From Patescibacteria group bacterium (GTDB lineage: Bacteria > Patescibacteriota > Minisyncoccia > UBA6257 > GWB1-50-10): a DNA stretch of 64,000 nt. The position numbers and the translations under genes are program-made. The notes below the pieces were generated by a model, which had not been told where the DNA came from, ran no database searches, and saw nothing but the letters and a program-made list of their open reading frames with translations. Where the stretch lies: the NCBI GenBank assembly GCA_038065455.1, contig JBBTQX010000008.1:32313-96312 (forward strand), read 5' to 3'. Shown here piece by piece: positions 10,841 through 20,136 of this stretch (its first letter is position 1; every line of letters begins with the position of its first letter).

Positions 10841-11491
10841 TTAAATCTCAGACGGCAAAATGCGGGCGCTTACCGTCGTTTCCAGATTCACGGTGTTCTC
10901 GGGCGCCGATTCGGTCCGGGAACCTACATTCATAAAAATAGATGCTCTCCAGGGCGCTAAAATATAGGTTCGGGGAAATAGATAAAAACTTAATTTGTTT
11001 ACTTTCACTCCGGAAGCGGTAAGAAGCGAAAACGGGGACGTTCCTTCGGTTCTTTTAACGCCAAAATTCGCCTGGTCCCACTCATAAATGACTGACACGG
11101 GCGTCGCTCCGCGAATCCGGGTGAATTTAAGCGAATCGCCGAAGCCGCCAGCGAGATCAGGACTGCACGTTCCCAAACTGCAGATTTCAAAACCATAGCC
11201 GAGTCTGATTTCACGCATTATTTGTTCCAAAGCCAAACTTGAGTTGCTTTGGATTGCCATCATGTCGGTCACGAGCCGCTGGGTCCGGAAAGAACGGATA
11301 AAAATGCCAGAGGCCACCGTCACCACGCTGAGAAATACGGCAATGGCGACAATAAGCTCGACAAGTGTGAATCCCGTTAGAGATCGCGCCCGCGCGCTTG
11401 CGCGCGCCCCGAAGGGGCCTGCGGGGCGGGCTATCTCTAACGGGATGAACCCGCTATTTTTGGAATTTGGATATTTTATAAAATGTTTCAT
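10841..11491 (-). CDS. Minor pilin (PilW/GspJ-like) with a palindromic insertion in the leader
   Basis: GF|TLVELIVA N-methylation motif. Confidence 0.85.
   Translation of the reverse strand: MKHFIKYPNSKNSGFIPLEIARPAGPFGARASARARSLTGFTLVELIVAIAVFLSVVTVASGIFIRSFRTQRLVTDMMAIQSNSSLALEQIMREIRLGYGFEICSLGTCSPDLAGGFGDSLKFTRIRGATPVSVIYEWDQANFGVKRTEGTSPFSLLTASGVKVNKLSFYLFPRTYILAPWRASIFMNVGSRTESAPENTVNLETTVSARILPSEI
11371..11446. repeat. Miniature inverted-repeat element inserted in frame in the pilin leader
   Basis: 14-bp IR ATCCCGTTAGAGAT/ATCTCTAACGGGAT around GC-rich hairpins; related element at 50156-50199. Confidence 0.85.
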
Positions 11492-11501
11492 TGCGTCGCG
11501 C

Positions 11502-12029
11502 TTATCTCCAGTTAAAAAAATGATCTTCCAAATTCACTTCCTTGGCCTCATTTTTATCCGCCCACTGGACGATGGAATTTATCGTTATCTCCTTATTGTC
11601 GGTGCTGTTCACTATTTTAATTGTTCTTTTGAATATGGTCGACACGCTGCCGGAGCCGGAGATGTAGTCGTAGATACCCGTCCCGGAATGAAAAATGAGG
11701 GGATTAGAATTGAAACTGGTCACACTAATCAAACTACTATTGGAAGAATTGTAAGTCGCTTCATAATTCCCATTCGACAAAACGGCGCCCCATGGTTTTC
11801 CTTGCGTATAGTTCTCATCCGCGATGCTTTTCATTACCTCAATACCTTCCGCGGCAAGATAGGTCGCGGTGAGCTTGTTTGCCGCGTTCCGATTGAAAGC
11901 GATTGAGTTGGAAAGCAGGGTGAGTATTCCCAAGAGGCCGATGACCACTAGACTCATGGCAACCACCGACTCGATGAGTACTTGACCCTTCTGACTTTTC
12001 AATTCGTCTTTGGGGGAAAATTTTTTCAT
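11502..12029 (-). CDS. Minor pilin (PilV-like)
   Basis: KGQVLIESVVAM; ATYLAAEGIE. Confidence 0.8.
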   Translation of the reverse strand: MKKFSPKDELKSQKGQVLIESVVAMSLVVIGLLGILTLLSNSIAFNRNAANKLTATYLAAEGIEVMKSIADENYTQGKPWGAVLSNGNYEATYNSSNSSLISVTSFNSNPLIFHSGTGIYDYISGSGSVSTIFKRTIKIVNSTDNKEITINSIVQWADKNEAKEVNLEDHFFNWR

Positions 12030-12601
12030 TGCGTACTTATTTGACCAGTATCGTTTATAATAACGGTTTTCGAATTTCCGCCTGCGGGAGTAGAAATTTT
12101 CAAATTAACGGGCAAGGCCACAGTCGAAACGACGCCGAGTTCCGGCGGAACGAACATAATATCAACCATACCCCCGGCCGCAATCTGCGTCTGCGTTCCG
12201 GCCAAGTTAGACGAAATCGAAATTTCAAAAATCAGGCCTTTTTCAAGAGCAAAATCTTGAATCGATTCACCGGAATTATAAGTAAAACTACCATTATAAG
12301 TGCCATCGAATTCTTTGCAGAATTTTTTAGTCGATGACTTCAAATCCTGAAAAAGCGAAAAGTCCAGCGAACCGGCCGTGAAATGGATGCCGAAAGCGCA
12401 GGAATCGGGACTTTTATTGTATTTTTCGGCGGCCAGCGCCCGGGCCCGGTTCAAAAGACCCACCACCATCGCTTCCTCCTTAAAAAGCTTCAACTGCTCC
12501 GCACCGGAACGATTATAAATCAAAGTCATGCCGGAAAGAATGCCGATAATGGCGATAACGACGAGCATTTCAATAATGGTAGAACCTCCTTTCTTCTTCA
12601 T
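12026..12601 (-). CDS. Minor pilin (FimT/GspH-like)
   Basis: GSTIIEMLVVIAIIGIL; C-terminal INDTGQI. Confidence 0.8.
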   Translation of the reverse strand: MKKKGGSTIIEMLVVIAIIGILSGMTLIYNRSGAEQLKLFKEEAMVVGLLNRARALAAEKYNKSPDSCAFGIHFTAGSLDFSLFQDLKSSTKKFCKEFDGTYNGSFTYNSGESIQDFALEKGLIFEISISSNLAGTQTQIAAGGMVDIMFVPPELGVVSTVALPVNLKISTPAGGNSKTVIINDTGQISTQ

Positions 12602-12635
12602 TACTCCTAATTATACTATAAGTCCCTTAAGAGAG

Positions 12636-13538
12636 TTATATTCCAAAAAGGGAGAAATACCAACCGATAATGCCGTGGCCAAAAAATACCGTGGCAAAAA
12701 CAGCGAGCACAAAAAACGGAGCGAAGGGAAGCTTGTCTTTCATTTCTTTCTTACCAGAAACGAGAAAACCGCCGCCTATAATGCCGCCAAAAAGAAAGGA
12801 TAACATAATCGCAAGGGCGATATCCGGCCAACCCAAGACTAAGCCGGAAGCGATCGCCAGCTTCACATCGCCCATGCCCATTCCCCGGCCCCGGCTTGCG
12901 AAAACCAAAAAACCGAAAAAGAGCCCTCCGGCAGCCATACCCAGCAATCTGTTCAAAATAACACTTTGGAATGGCGAGAAAATGAGCCGGTACTGTTCCA
13001 AAAATGAATCTCGAAACGGGAATAATTTGTCGCCATAGACGAGAATTAACACTCCAATCAGAACGCCCAAAAACGCGAGAAGAAAGTTTAATTCGTTTGG
13101 AATTATGTATTCCCGGAGATCGATTGCCGCGATTACGAGCCAAGCGAGAAAAACGGCAATCCAGGCGAGTAAAAGGGCATAATACCACCACTCCAAACCG
13201 AGACTCATGAAAGATTGTAGGCCTACGTTGTAAAAACCGTTCAAAAACCAGGGCAGGCCGGCGAATATCGCTCCGCTCAAGAATTCGATGACGGGATACT
13301 GGAAAGAAAGTTTATGACCGCACTCCCGGCATTTTCCTTTCTGGATAAAAAAACTCCAGAGTGGGACAAGTTCCCCTGCTTTTAGTTCATGATTACAATG
13401 TGGGCAATGCGATCGGCCGCTAAGCCTTTTGATATTCCAAAGATTTTCCTCGGAATTATACCGAAAAATTAAAACGTTTAGGAAACTCCCTATCGCCAAT
13501 CCGAAGACGAAAAGGGCAATAAAAAAAACTGTTATCAT
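12636..13538 (-). CDS. pilD: Prepilin peptidase/N-methyltransferase
   Basis: GSFLNV, SHCPHC...KCREC, IDL...IP, GMGDVKL, PFAPF. Confidence 0.95.
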   Translation of the reverse strand: MITVFFIALFVFGLAIGSFLNVLIFRYNSEENLWNIKRLSGRSHCPHCNHELKAGELVPLWSFFIQKGKCRECGHKLSFQYPVIEFLSGAIFAGLPWFLNGFYNVGLQSFMSLGLEWWYYALLLAWIAVFLAWLVIAAIDLREYIIPNELNFLLAFLGVLIGVLILVYGDKLFPFRDSFLEQYRLIFSPFQSVILNRLLGMAAGGLFFGFLVFASRGRGMGMGDVKLAIASGLVLGWPDIALAIMLSFLFGGIIGGGFLVSGKKEMKDKLPFAPFFVLAVFATVFFGHGIIGWYFSLFGI

Positions 13539-13553
13539 TATCGAATATTGGAA

Positions 13554-14009
13554 TTACTGAACGGGACAGATCGAAGAGCTCGGCTCGACGGTCGTAGTCA
13601 CGGAATGTCCTACGGAATCAATACAGTAATATTGAAACACCGGATTCGATGAATCCCCCGTCGTGGTATTTAATTTGGAATAGGCGGTATAAGCCTTATA
13701 GGGCGACGGATTAATAATTGTGAGGGTTCCCCCTTGAAGGGTTATGTCGTCCGCCAACTCCTTAAGATTTTGATTGTTTATTTCAATAACGGATGGTAAT
13801 TGGGGTAAAGTATTATAGGTCCCGTTATACATCGTCTCAGCCAAAGAACGGACTTGATTCACCTCCTGGATAATTCGCGAATCCTTAGCTTTATCCTTGG
13901 CAGGCCCGAGAGCCGTAAGAACAACTGATGAAAGGAGGCCAATCACGGCTACCACGACGAGCATTTCTATTAAAGTAAAACCTTTTTGGCTCTTAATTCC
14001 GATAGTCAT
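13554..14009 (-). CDS. Type IV pilin
   Basis: KGFTLIEMLVVVAVIGLLSS...KAKDSRI; C-terminal YCIDS. Confidence 0.9.
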   Translation of the reverse strand: MTIGIKSQKGFTLIEMLVVVAVIGLLSSVVLTALGPAKDKAKDSRIIQEVNQVRSLAETMYNGTYNTLPQLPSVIEINNQNLKELADDITLQGGTLTIINPSPYKAYTAYSKLNTTTGDSSNPVFQYYCIDSVGHSVTTTVEPSSSICPVQ

Positions 14010-14068
14010 TGTTTAATTATACCACAAAGCACCCCAACGGGAGTGCTTTGTTTTCTTTGTCGATAATT

Positions 14069-14482
14069 TTAATTGCAAGTTCCATCCGCCGCAGATGTAA
14101 TAGAAGCGATTTCACCACCGAAACCGTCGCTATCCAGACAATATATCTTGGTTGAATTGAGAGTGGCGTAAAACGCGACCGTAGTCGCTCCCGTCGCCGG
14201 CATAACAGCAAAACCTGTTCCCCCATTAGCTGTAATGTCCGTCGAAGCGATTGTGACGCTGGCATTCGCTTTCAAAGCGGTTGAATCAGGGTATTTTCCC
14301 GTCGTTCCGTTGTATAAAGTTTCAGCTATCACTTGAATCTGCCGAAGATCGGAGATAATCCTCGTGTCTTTCGCTTTTGTCCTTGACGGACCCAAAGCCA
14401 CCAAAACCACGGAAGACAAAAGCCCGATAATCGCGATAACGACCAGCATTTCTATCAGCGTAAAACCTTTATTGTTTTTCAT
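14069..14482 (-). CDS. Type IV pilin (probable major pilin)
   Basis: KGFTLIEMLVVIAIIGLLSS; own promoter upstream and hairpin terminator CAAAGCAC...GTGCTTTG near 14025-14050. Confidence 0.9.
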   Translation of the reverse strand: MKNNKGFTLIEMLVVIAIIGLLSSVVLVALGPSRTKAKDTRIISDLRQIQVIAETLYNGTTGKYPDSTALKANASVTIASTDITANGGTGFAVMPATGATTVAFYATLNSTKIYCLDSDGFGGEIASITSAADGTCN

Positions 14483-14535
14483 ATGTTTGATTTTTTTCGA
14501 CCCTTTAGATTAATACTCTTATTATAGCATATTGT

Positions 14536-15744
14536 TCAGAAAATCTTGGACAGGTTGTAGATGGGGAGAAGTATGGAGGCGAAGAGAATGGCCACGACGA
14601 CGCCGATCACGACCATGAGCACGGGCTGAAGGAGTGTTACCAGATTATTGACCGTATCGTCCACCTGCCGAGTGTAGAAGTCATTTATTTTGGACATCAA
14701 GTCTTCCAATCGTCCAGTGGACTCCCCGACGCTCAAGAGTTGGGAAACCAGAAGCGGGAATTCGGGCATTGCCGCGAGCGCCTGAGAAAGAAGCTTGCCT
14801 TTCCTGATTTGCTGGGCCACATCGTGGAGCAATTCCGCATAAACCGTGTTTCCGATGGTATGGGATGAAATCTCGACCGCCTGCGGGATAGTGAGTCCTC
14901 CCTTGATCAAAACCCGGGCCGATTCGGCAAAGCGGGAAATGTAGAGTTTTTGGAAAAGCGGACCGACAATCGGTATCTTCAGAATCAGCGTATCAAATAC
15001 CACCTTGCCCTCGTCGGTCTGGAAGTAGTCAACCAGAAGTATCACGACTGCCAAGATAGCAATAACAAAAAAGAACCACCAATCGGACATAAAATTACCG
15101 ACCCCGAGAAGAACTTTGGTAAAAAACGGCAATTCGATATTGGCCTGGGAAAAAATCGGCGTAATCTGCGGAAAAACCATCGTAACCATTACAACAACCA
15201 CAACGATGAAAAGTCCGATAACAAAAGCCGGATACATTAATGCATTTTTCACCTTAGAAACCAGGGCATCCTGCTTTTCGAGATAGTCGGCGAGGAAGTT
15301 CAGCACCTCGGAAAGCCGGCCGGTTACCTCGGCGGATTTGACCATATTCACATAAAAATCGGAGAAAATGCCGCGATGGCGTTCCAGTGCCTGCGAAAGA
15401 GAAAAGCCTGCATCTATGTCATTCGCGATTTCGTAAACCGCTTCTTTGAGAACGGGTTTCGCTGTTTGCTTGTAAAGATTAGCCAAACTGTCCGAGAGCG
15501 GCACTTGGGAAGCCAGAAGCGTCGCGAACTGCCTCGTGAAAATCATAAGATCGGTGGTCTTGACCCGTTTGAAAAATTCCAATATGCGATTATACCAGGC
15601 ATTTTCCACGATAGGCTCGACTGAGAGAACATAAAGTTCGTGGCTCAAAAGAATCGAGAGCACGGCTTCGCGGCTTACCGCCTCCACGTTGCCCACTTGG
15701 AGCTCGCCGTCCTTCGTTCTGGCTTTGTAGTTGAATTTCGCCAT
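14536..15744 (-). CDS. pilC: Type IV pilus platform protein
   Basis: FTRQFATLL, two T2SSF repeats, ALMYP, GESTGRL. Confidence 0.95.
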   Translation of the reverse strand: MAKFNYKARTKDGELQVGNVEAVSREAVLSILLSHELYVLSVEPIVENAWYNRILEFFKRVKTTDLMIFTRQFATLLASQVPLSDSLANLYKQTAKPVLKEAVYEIANDIDAGFSLSQALERHRGIFSDFYVNMVKSAEVTGRLSEVLNFLADYLEKQDALVSKVKNALMYPAFVIGLFIVVVVVMVTMVFPQITPIFSQANIELPFFTKVLLGVGNFMSDWWFFFVIAILAVVILLVDYFQTDEGKVVFDTLILKIPIVGPLFQKLYISRFAESARVLIKGGLTIPQAVEISSHTIGNTVYAELLHDVAQQIRKGKLLSQALAAMPEFPLLVSQLLSVGESTGRLEDLMSKINDFYTRQVDDTVNNLVTLLQPVLMVVIGVVVAILFASILLPIYNLSKIF

Positions 15745-15761
15745 TGTTCTTTAATTATATC

Positions 15762-16835
15762 CTAGCTCCGTTCCAAAAGTATCCTTAACTCGGACGGATT
15801 CAAGGAATGGGCTTCCGCCTGTTCGAGCGAGATTTCCTTACGCTTCAAAAGATTCACGAGCGAACGATTTAAAGACATCATGCCTTCCTGGACGTTTGTT
15901 TCGATTACGAGGTCAATCTGGTAGATTTTCTTCTCGCGGATGAGATTGCGAATAGCCGGATTCATCAGCATTATCTCCGTTGCCGGAATACGCCCGCCGC
16001 CCACCCGCGGGATGAGCCTTTCGGAAATGATGCCCACTAAAGTCGAGGCGAGTTGGGAAATAATCTGGCCTTGCTGACTTGGCGGAAAACTGTCAATAAT
16101 GCGGTCGATCGTCTGGGAAGCGGAGTTGGTATGGAGCGTGGAAAAAACCAAATGCCCCGTCTCGGCCGCAGTCATCGCAGTCGCGATCGTTTCCGGGTCG
16201 CGCATCTCGCCTATCATAATAACATCGGGGTCCTGCCTTAAGACCGCCCGCAAAGCGTCGTTAAAAGAAAGAGTATCCATACCTACTTCCCGCTGGGAGA
16301 TAATGCACCGGTCCTGGGAGAAAATATATTCAATCGGGTCCTCGACAGTGATTATATGAACGTTTCGCTTATGGTTCACTTCATCCAAGAGCGCCGCGAG
16401 CGTGGTGGATTTGCCATGACCGGCCGGGCCCACAACCAAAACGAAACCTTGGTTCAGTTTCGCGAAGTCGTGCAGTAAAGGCGGCATATTCAATTCCTCG
16501 ATAGTTTTAATCTGCGCCGGAATCAGCCGCAGGGCCGCCGCCGCGAAACCGCGCTGGAGATAAACATTGACCCGGAAACGAGCCTTGTCTTCGTAGTTGA
16601 AAGAGAAGTCCACCTGTTTCTTTTCCAAAAAAGTTTTCTTTTGGTCTTCCGTCAGAAGCGCGAAAATCAGCCCCTCGGCTTCTTCTTTTGTTAAGATGGA
16701 TTCCTGGGCGAGCGGTATCAAAACGCTATCGACTCTGATAGTCGGCCGCCGGCCGACCGCCAAATGGATGTCGGAGGCATTTTGTTTCGCCGTCGCGAGA
16801 AGCAACTCGTTCAGTTTTTGTTTATAGTCGGTCAT
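15762..16835 (-). CDS. pilT: Pilus retraction ATPase
   Basis: ASDIHL, GPAGHGKSTT, EDPIEY, LRQDPDVIMIGEMRD, AIRNLIRE. Confidence 0.95.
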   Translation of the reverse strand: MTDYKQKLNELLLATAKQNASDIHLAVGRRPTIRVDSVLIPLAQESILTKEEAEGLIFALLTEDQKKTFLEKKQVDFSFNYEDKARFRVNVYLQRGFAAAALRLIPAQIKTIEELNMPPLLHDFAKLNQGFVLVVGPAGHGKSTTLAALLDEVNHKRNVHIITVEDPIEYIFSQDRCIISQREVGMDTLSFNDALRAVLRQDPDVIMIGEMRDPETIATAMTAAETGHLVFSTLHTNSASQTIDRIIDSFPPSQQGQIISQLASTLVGIISERLIPRVGGGRIPATEIMLMNPAIRNLIREKKIYQIDLVIETNVQEGMMSLNRSLVNLLKRKEISLEQAEAHSLNPSELRILLERS

Positions 16836-16842
16836 TTTAAAA

Positions 16843-18573
16843 TTATTCCGTCTCTCTCAAGACTTCTTCCAGTATAACCTCACCTGCCAATGCTTTCAAA
16901 ATGCCGTCTTGGCGCAAAGTCACCATTCCCTGGCGCTTTGCCTCATCTACAAGCGCGCTTTCCGAAAAACCTTTATTAATTACATCGCTCAATTCCCGAG
17001 TCATTTTGAATATTTCGAAGATTGCCACCCGGCCGGACGTTCCTTTGCCTTTGCAGGTTTTGCAATTTAAATCATTGCCCGCCCGCCAAACGGCGAACGG
17101 CGCTTTTCCTTTGACGGCGGCGCGGAGAATTTCCGGCAATTTTTCCGTTTCTTCCTTGATTATTTTTTGGAGTTCGGCGGATGGAACGGCTTCTTTTTTG
17201 CAATCGGGACAGAGCCGGGAAACCAGGCGCTGGGCCAGCATCAAATTCAAGGATGATGAAAGGAGGAAATTCGGCACGCCCAAATCAACAAGCCTAGGAA
17301 TGACTCCGATGGCATTATTCGTATGGAGCGTCGAGAGCATCAAATGGCCGGTTAAAGCGGCGTTCACCGCCAAGCTCGCTGTTTCGGAATCGCGAATCTC
17401 GCCGACCATCACGATATCGGGATCCTGCCGCAATATTTGGCGCAAACCGGACGAAAAATCATAGCCGATTTCCGGCTTCACCTGCGACTGGTTCACGCCT
17501 TCCATAAAATATTCCACCGGATCTTCGAGCGTGAGAATATTCACCCGATCGGAATTCAATCTCTGCATCATGGCGTAAAGGGTCGTGCTTTTTCCGGAAC
17601 CGGTGGGACCCGTGATTAATATCATTCCGAAAGGCGATTCCGCGGCGGCATCCAAAAGCCGAAAATTATATTCGTTTAATCCCAACTCCTTAAGACCCTT
17701 GAGGCCGGTTACGGGGTCCAAAACCCGGATGGCTACCTTCTCACCGTTGGGCGTGGGGAAAGTGGCGACGCGGAAATCGATATCCCGCCCGGAAATAACG
17801 GCCCGGAAACGGCCATCCTGGGGTTTTCTCGTTTCATCTAATCTCAATCTCGAAAGCACTTTCACTCTGGAGACAATCGGCTGATTCAAAGTCGAAGGCA
17901 AAGAAGCCGCCTCTTCAAGCTCTCCGTCTACGCGAAAACGAATCCGCAAGCGGGCGCGCTGGGGCTCAATATGAATATCCGATGCCTTGAGTTCCACCGC
18001 TTCCCTTAAAGTCGATGCCACTACTTTTATAATCGGGGCGTCTTCCGCCGTTTGAGCCCCTTCTTCCAAAACCACCAGCAATTCATCCCGATTGCGGCTT
18101 TCTCCGATATCCTTGACGGCCGCTTCTATTTCCGTCCGATAAGGAGCATAGAGCCGCCAGACGAGCGCGAGATCGCCGGGGGTCACGATATAAACCCCTA
18201 AGCTCAAGCGCTCCCGTTTTGCGATGAATCTCAGGGCTTCTTGCGCCCGAACGTCGTCGGGCCTCAGCATCCCCACAATAAAAATGTCTTTCCTCTTTTC
18301 GAGGGGAATGACGCGGTAAGCCCGGGAGGTTTCCTGAGGAATGAGCGAAAGAAGCTCGAGCGGAATGGCCGCCGAATCAACTTTCTTGTATGGAATTTTC
18401 AGAAGCTCGCTCTTTGTTTCGGCCGCGGCAACTTCATCAACCAATCGTTCTTCATAAAGAATGTCCTCCGGAAGGCGACCCCGCGCTCCGGCTTCTTTTA
18501 AAGCTTTATCCCCGATAGATTGGGAAAGCAGTCCTTTTTTGACTAACGCCTGGATAAATATTTGGTCGGTCAT
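16843..18573 (-). CDS. pilB: Pilus assembly ATPase
   Basis: ASDIHIEP, PQDGR, GPTGSGKSTT, Zn motif CPDC..CKTC. Confidence 0.95.
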   Translation of the reverse strand: MTDQIFIQALVKKGLLSQSIGDKALKEAGARGRLPEDILYEERLVDEVAAAETKSELLKIPYKKVDSAAIPLELLSLIPQETSRAYRVIPLEKRKDIFIVGMLRPDDVRAQEALRFIAKRERLSLGVYIVTPGDLALVWRLYAPYRTEIEAAVKDIGESRNRDELLVVLEEGAQTAEDAPIIKVVASTLREAVELKASDIHIEPQRARLRIRFRVDGELEEAASLPSTLNQPIVSRVKVLSRLRLDETRKPQDGRFRAVISGRDIDFRVATFPTPNGEKVAIRVLDPVTGLKGLKELGLNEYNFRLLDAAAESPFGMILITGPTGSGKSTTLYAMMQRLNSDRVNILTLEDPVEYFMEGVNQSQVKPEIGYDFSSGLRQILRQDPDIVMVGEIRDSETASLAVNAALTGHLMLSTLHTNNAIGVIPRLVDLGVPNFLLSSSLNLMLAQRLVSRLCPDCKKEAVPSAELQKIIKEETEKLPEILRAAVKGKAPFAVWRAGNDLNCKTCKGKGTSGRVAIFEIFKMTRELSDVINKGFSESALVDEAKRQGMVTLRQDGILKALAGEVILEEVLRETE

Positions 18574-18581
18574 ATGTTTAT

Positions 18582-18647
18582 CTACGAATTACGAATCTTT
18601 TACGAATATACGAATTCGTATATTCGCGCGTTATTCGTAATTCGTAG
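18582..18647. repeat. Palindromic array of TACGAAT heptamer-like units
   Basis: CTACGAATTACGAAT...TACGAATATACGAATTCGTATATTCG...ATTCGTAATTCGTAG. Confidence 0.8.
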
Positions 18648-18652
18648 CTATT

Positions 18653-18943
18653 TTAATATGGCAAAAATGGATTGGAACGCCCCGGAGTGGGAATCTCTAA
18701 TGACGCGCCGTAGTTATTCGTGAAATATTTATTGAGGGAATTCACGACCGGCGCGGGGTCCACCTGCACCTGGGAAAGCTGATTAATGTTTGAAAGACTG
18801 CCCGGCACCACGACATCAATAAGTTCGGGTTTTTTGAAAAAAATGAAATACAAAACCAGAAAAACTATTCCGATTACCGACGCAATGACGATAATATTGA
18901 ACCAATTGACCGGCTTTTTATCTTGTTCGATTATAATGGCCAT
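18653..18943 (-). CDS. Small membrane protein of the pil operon (PilP position)
   Basis: One TM helix; C-terminal GRSNPF. Confidence 0.7.
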   Translation of the reverse strand: MAIIIEQDKKPVNWFNIIVIASVIGIVFLVLYFIFFKKPELIDVVVPGSLSNINQLSQVQVDPAPVVNSLNKYFTNNYGASLEIPTPGRSNPFLPY

Positions 18944-18958
18944 TTTATTTTTACCTGG

Positions 18959-19564
18959 TTAATTTTCCTGATAGAACGCGACGACGTTCAGTTCCAAAGA
19001 ATAGGTCGGATTTCTGCCCAAACCTGCCTGCGCAGGCAGGCCCGTTTGGCTTCCCGGAGTAGTCCGAAAAGTAAATGAGGTAACGTTCATCACCCGCGCG
19101 TTCGTCTCTATCGAATTCAGGAATTGCTTGAGCGCGCCATAGCCGCCCGTAGCACTCACCTTGGTCGGAATATTCTGGAGCTTTTTGACCAAAGATTGGG
19201 CAACAACTTTCTGCTTGGATATCTTGTCGGATTGGATGTCGAGCGACTGCAGATTCACCTGGTTTGCGACCGAGATCGCCTGCCACTGATTAAGGGCCTG
19301 AGTGGTATTCGGCCCGATAGGCACGGCAAGACCGACTGTTTCCTGAAGTTTGGCGGCGGATTTAAATTGACTGATAAGGCTGGCTACTTGAGCAACAGCC
19401 GCTTTCTGACTGTTATAGAGATTTATTTTTGAAGCAACAACTGATTGGAGCGCGCTTGAAGCCGTAATCTCCGGTTGAATCAGGCTCCCGTAAACGACGA
19501 GCGTCGCCATCAGAAAGAAGGCCGAGAGGAGGATGCTTAAAATTCTTTTGCTGGAAGTTTTCAT
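18959..19564 (-). CDS. pilO: PilO-like protein
   Basis: N-terminal TM helix, GGYGALKQFL.SIE...R.MNV; position after pilN. Confidence 0.8.
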   Translation of the reverse strand: MKTSSKRILSILLSAFFLMATLVVYGSLIQPEITASSALQSVVASKINLYNSQKAAVAQVASLISQFKSAAKLQETVGLAVPIGPNTTQALNQWQAISVANQVNLQSLDIQSDKISKQKVVAQSLVKKLQNIPTKVSATGGYGALKQFLNSIETNARVMNVTSFTFRTTPGSQTGLPAQAGLGRNPTYSLELNVVAFYQEN

Positions 19565-19568
19565 TTTC

Positions 19569-20126
19569 CTATATTGGCTTAGCTAGATATTCCGGTTGGA
19601 AATTCAACGATACCGAAAAATCCACCGTCCCGCTCGGATTGAAATTAGTGGATTCAAGCATTGCGGAGTGAACTTCCGGTGCTTTTTCGAATTGCGCCAG
19701 TTGCTGAGCGAGCGCTTGAAGGGAAGGTGCCCGACCATTTAGTTCCAAATTATACGAGATAGAATTGAAATTTGCCTCCGTAAAGAAAGTTTGCGGCAAA
19801 GTGTTTTTTTCGAGGAAGGGGAAAATATTCGCCGAGAATATATGCTGACCAAGAACAGTCTTTAAATTCGCAATTTGGGAATAGAAGCCGACGAATTTCT
19901 GCTGTTCTTTTTGGCTGATGGAATTTGAAAGCTCTTCGAGTTGAGTATCCATACCCGCGGACCTGGTGTTTAAATAAGATTCGTATCCGATACTCATTCC
20001 AAAATAAATAAGGATGGAAAGAGCGAAAAGCACTCCGGAAAAAACCATCAGACGCCAAGGCAGGCCGATAGATGTGGTCTCCGAGACGAATTGTTCATTT
20101 AGGCTTTTGGGTTGTCCTTCTGGCAT
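19569..20126 (-). CDS. pilN: PilN-like protein
   Basis: TM helix plus LNGRAPSLQALAQQL..F; position after pilM. Confidence 0.75.
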   Translation of the reverse strand: MPEGQPKSLNEQFVSETTSIGLPWRLMVFSGVLFALSILIYFGMSIGYESYLNTRSAGMDTQLEELSNSISQKEQQKFVGFYSQIANLKTVLGQHIFSANIFPFLEKNTLPQTFFTEANFNSISYNLELNGRAPSLQALAQQLAQFEKAPEVHSAMLESTNFNPSGTVDFSVSLNFQPEYLAKPI

Positions 20127-20136
20127 ATGTTTATTT

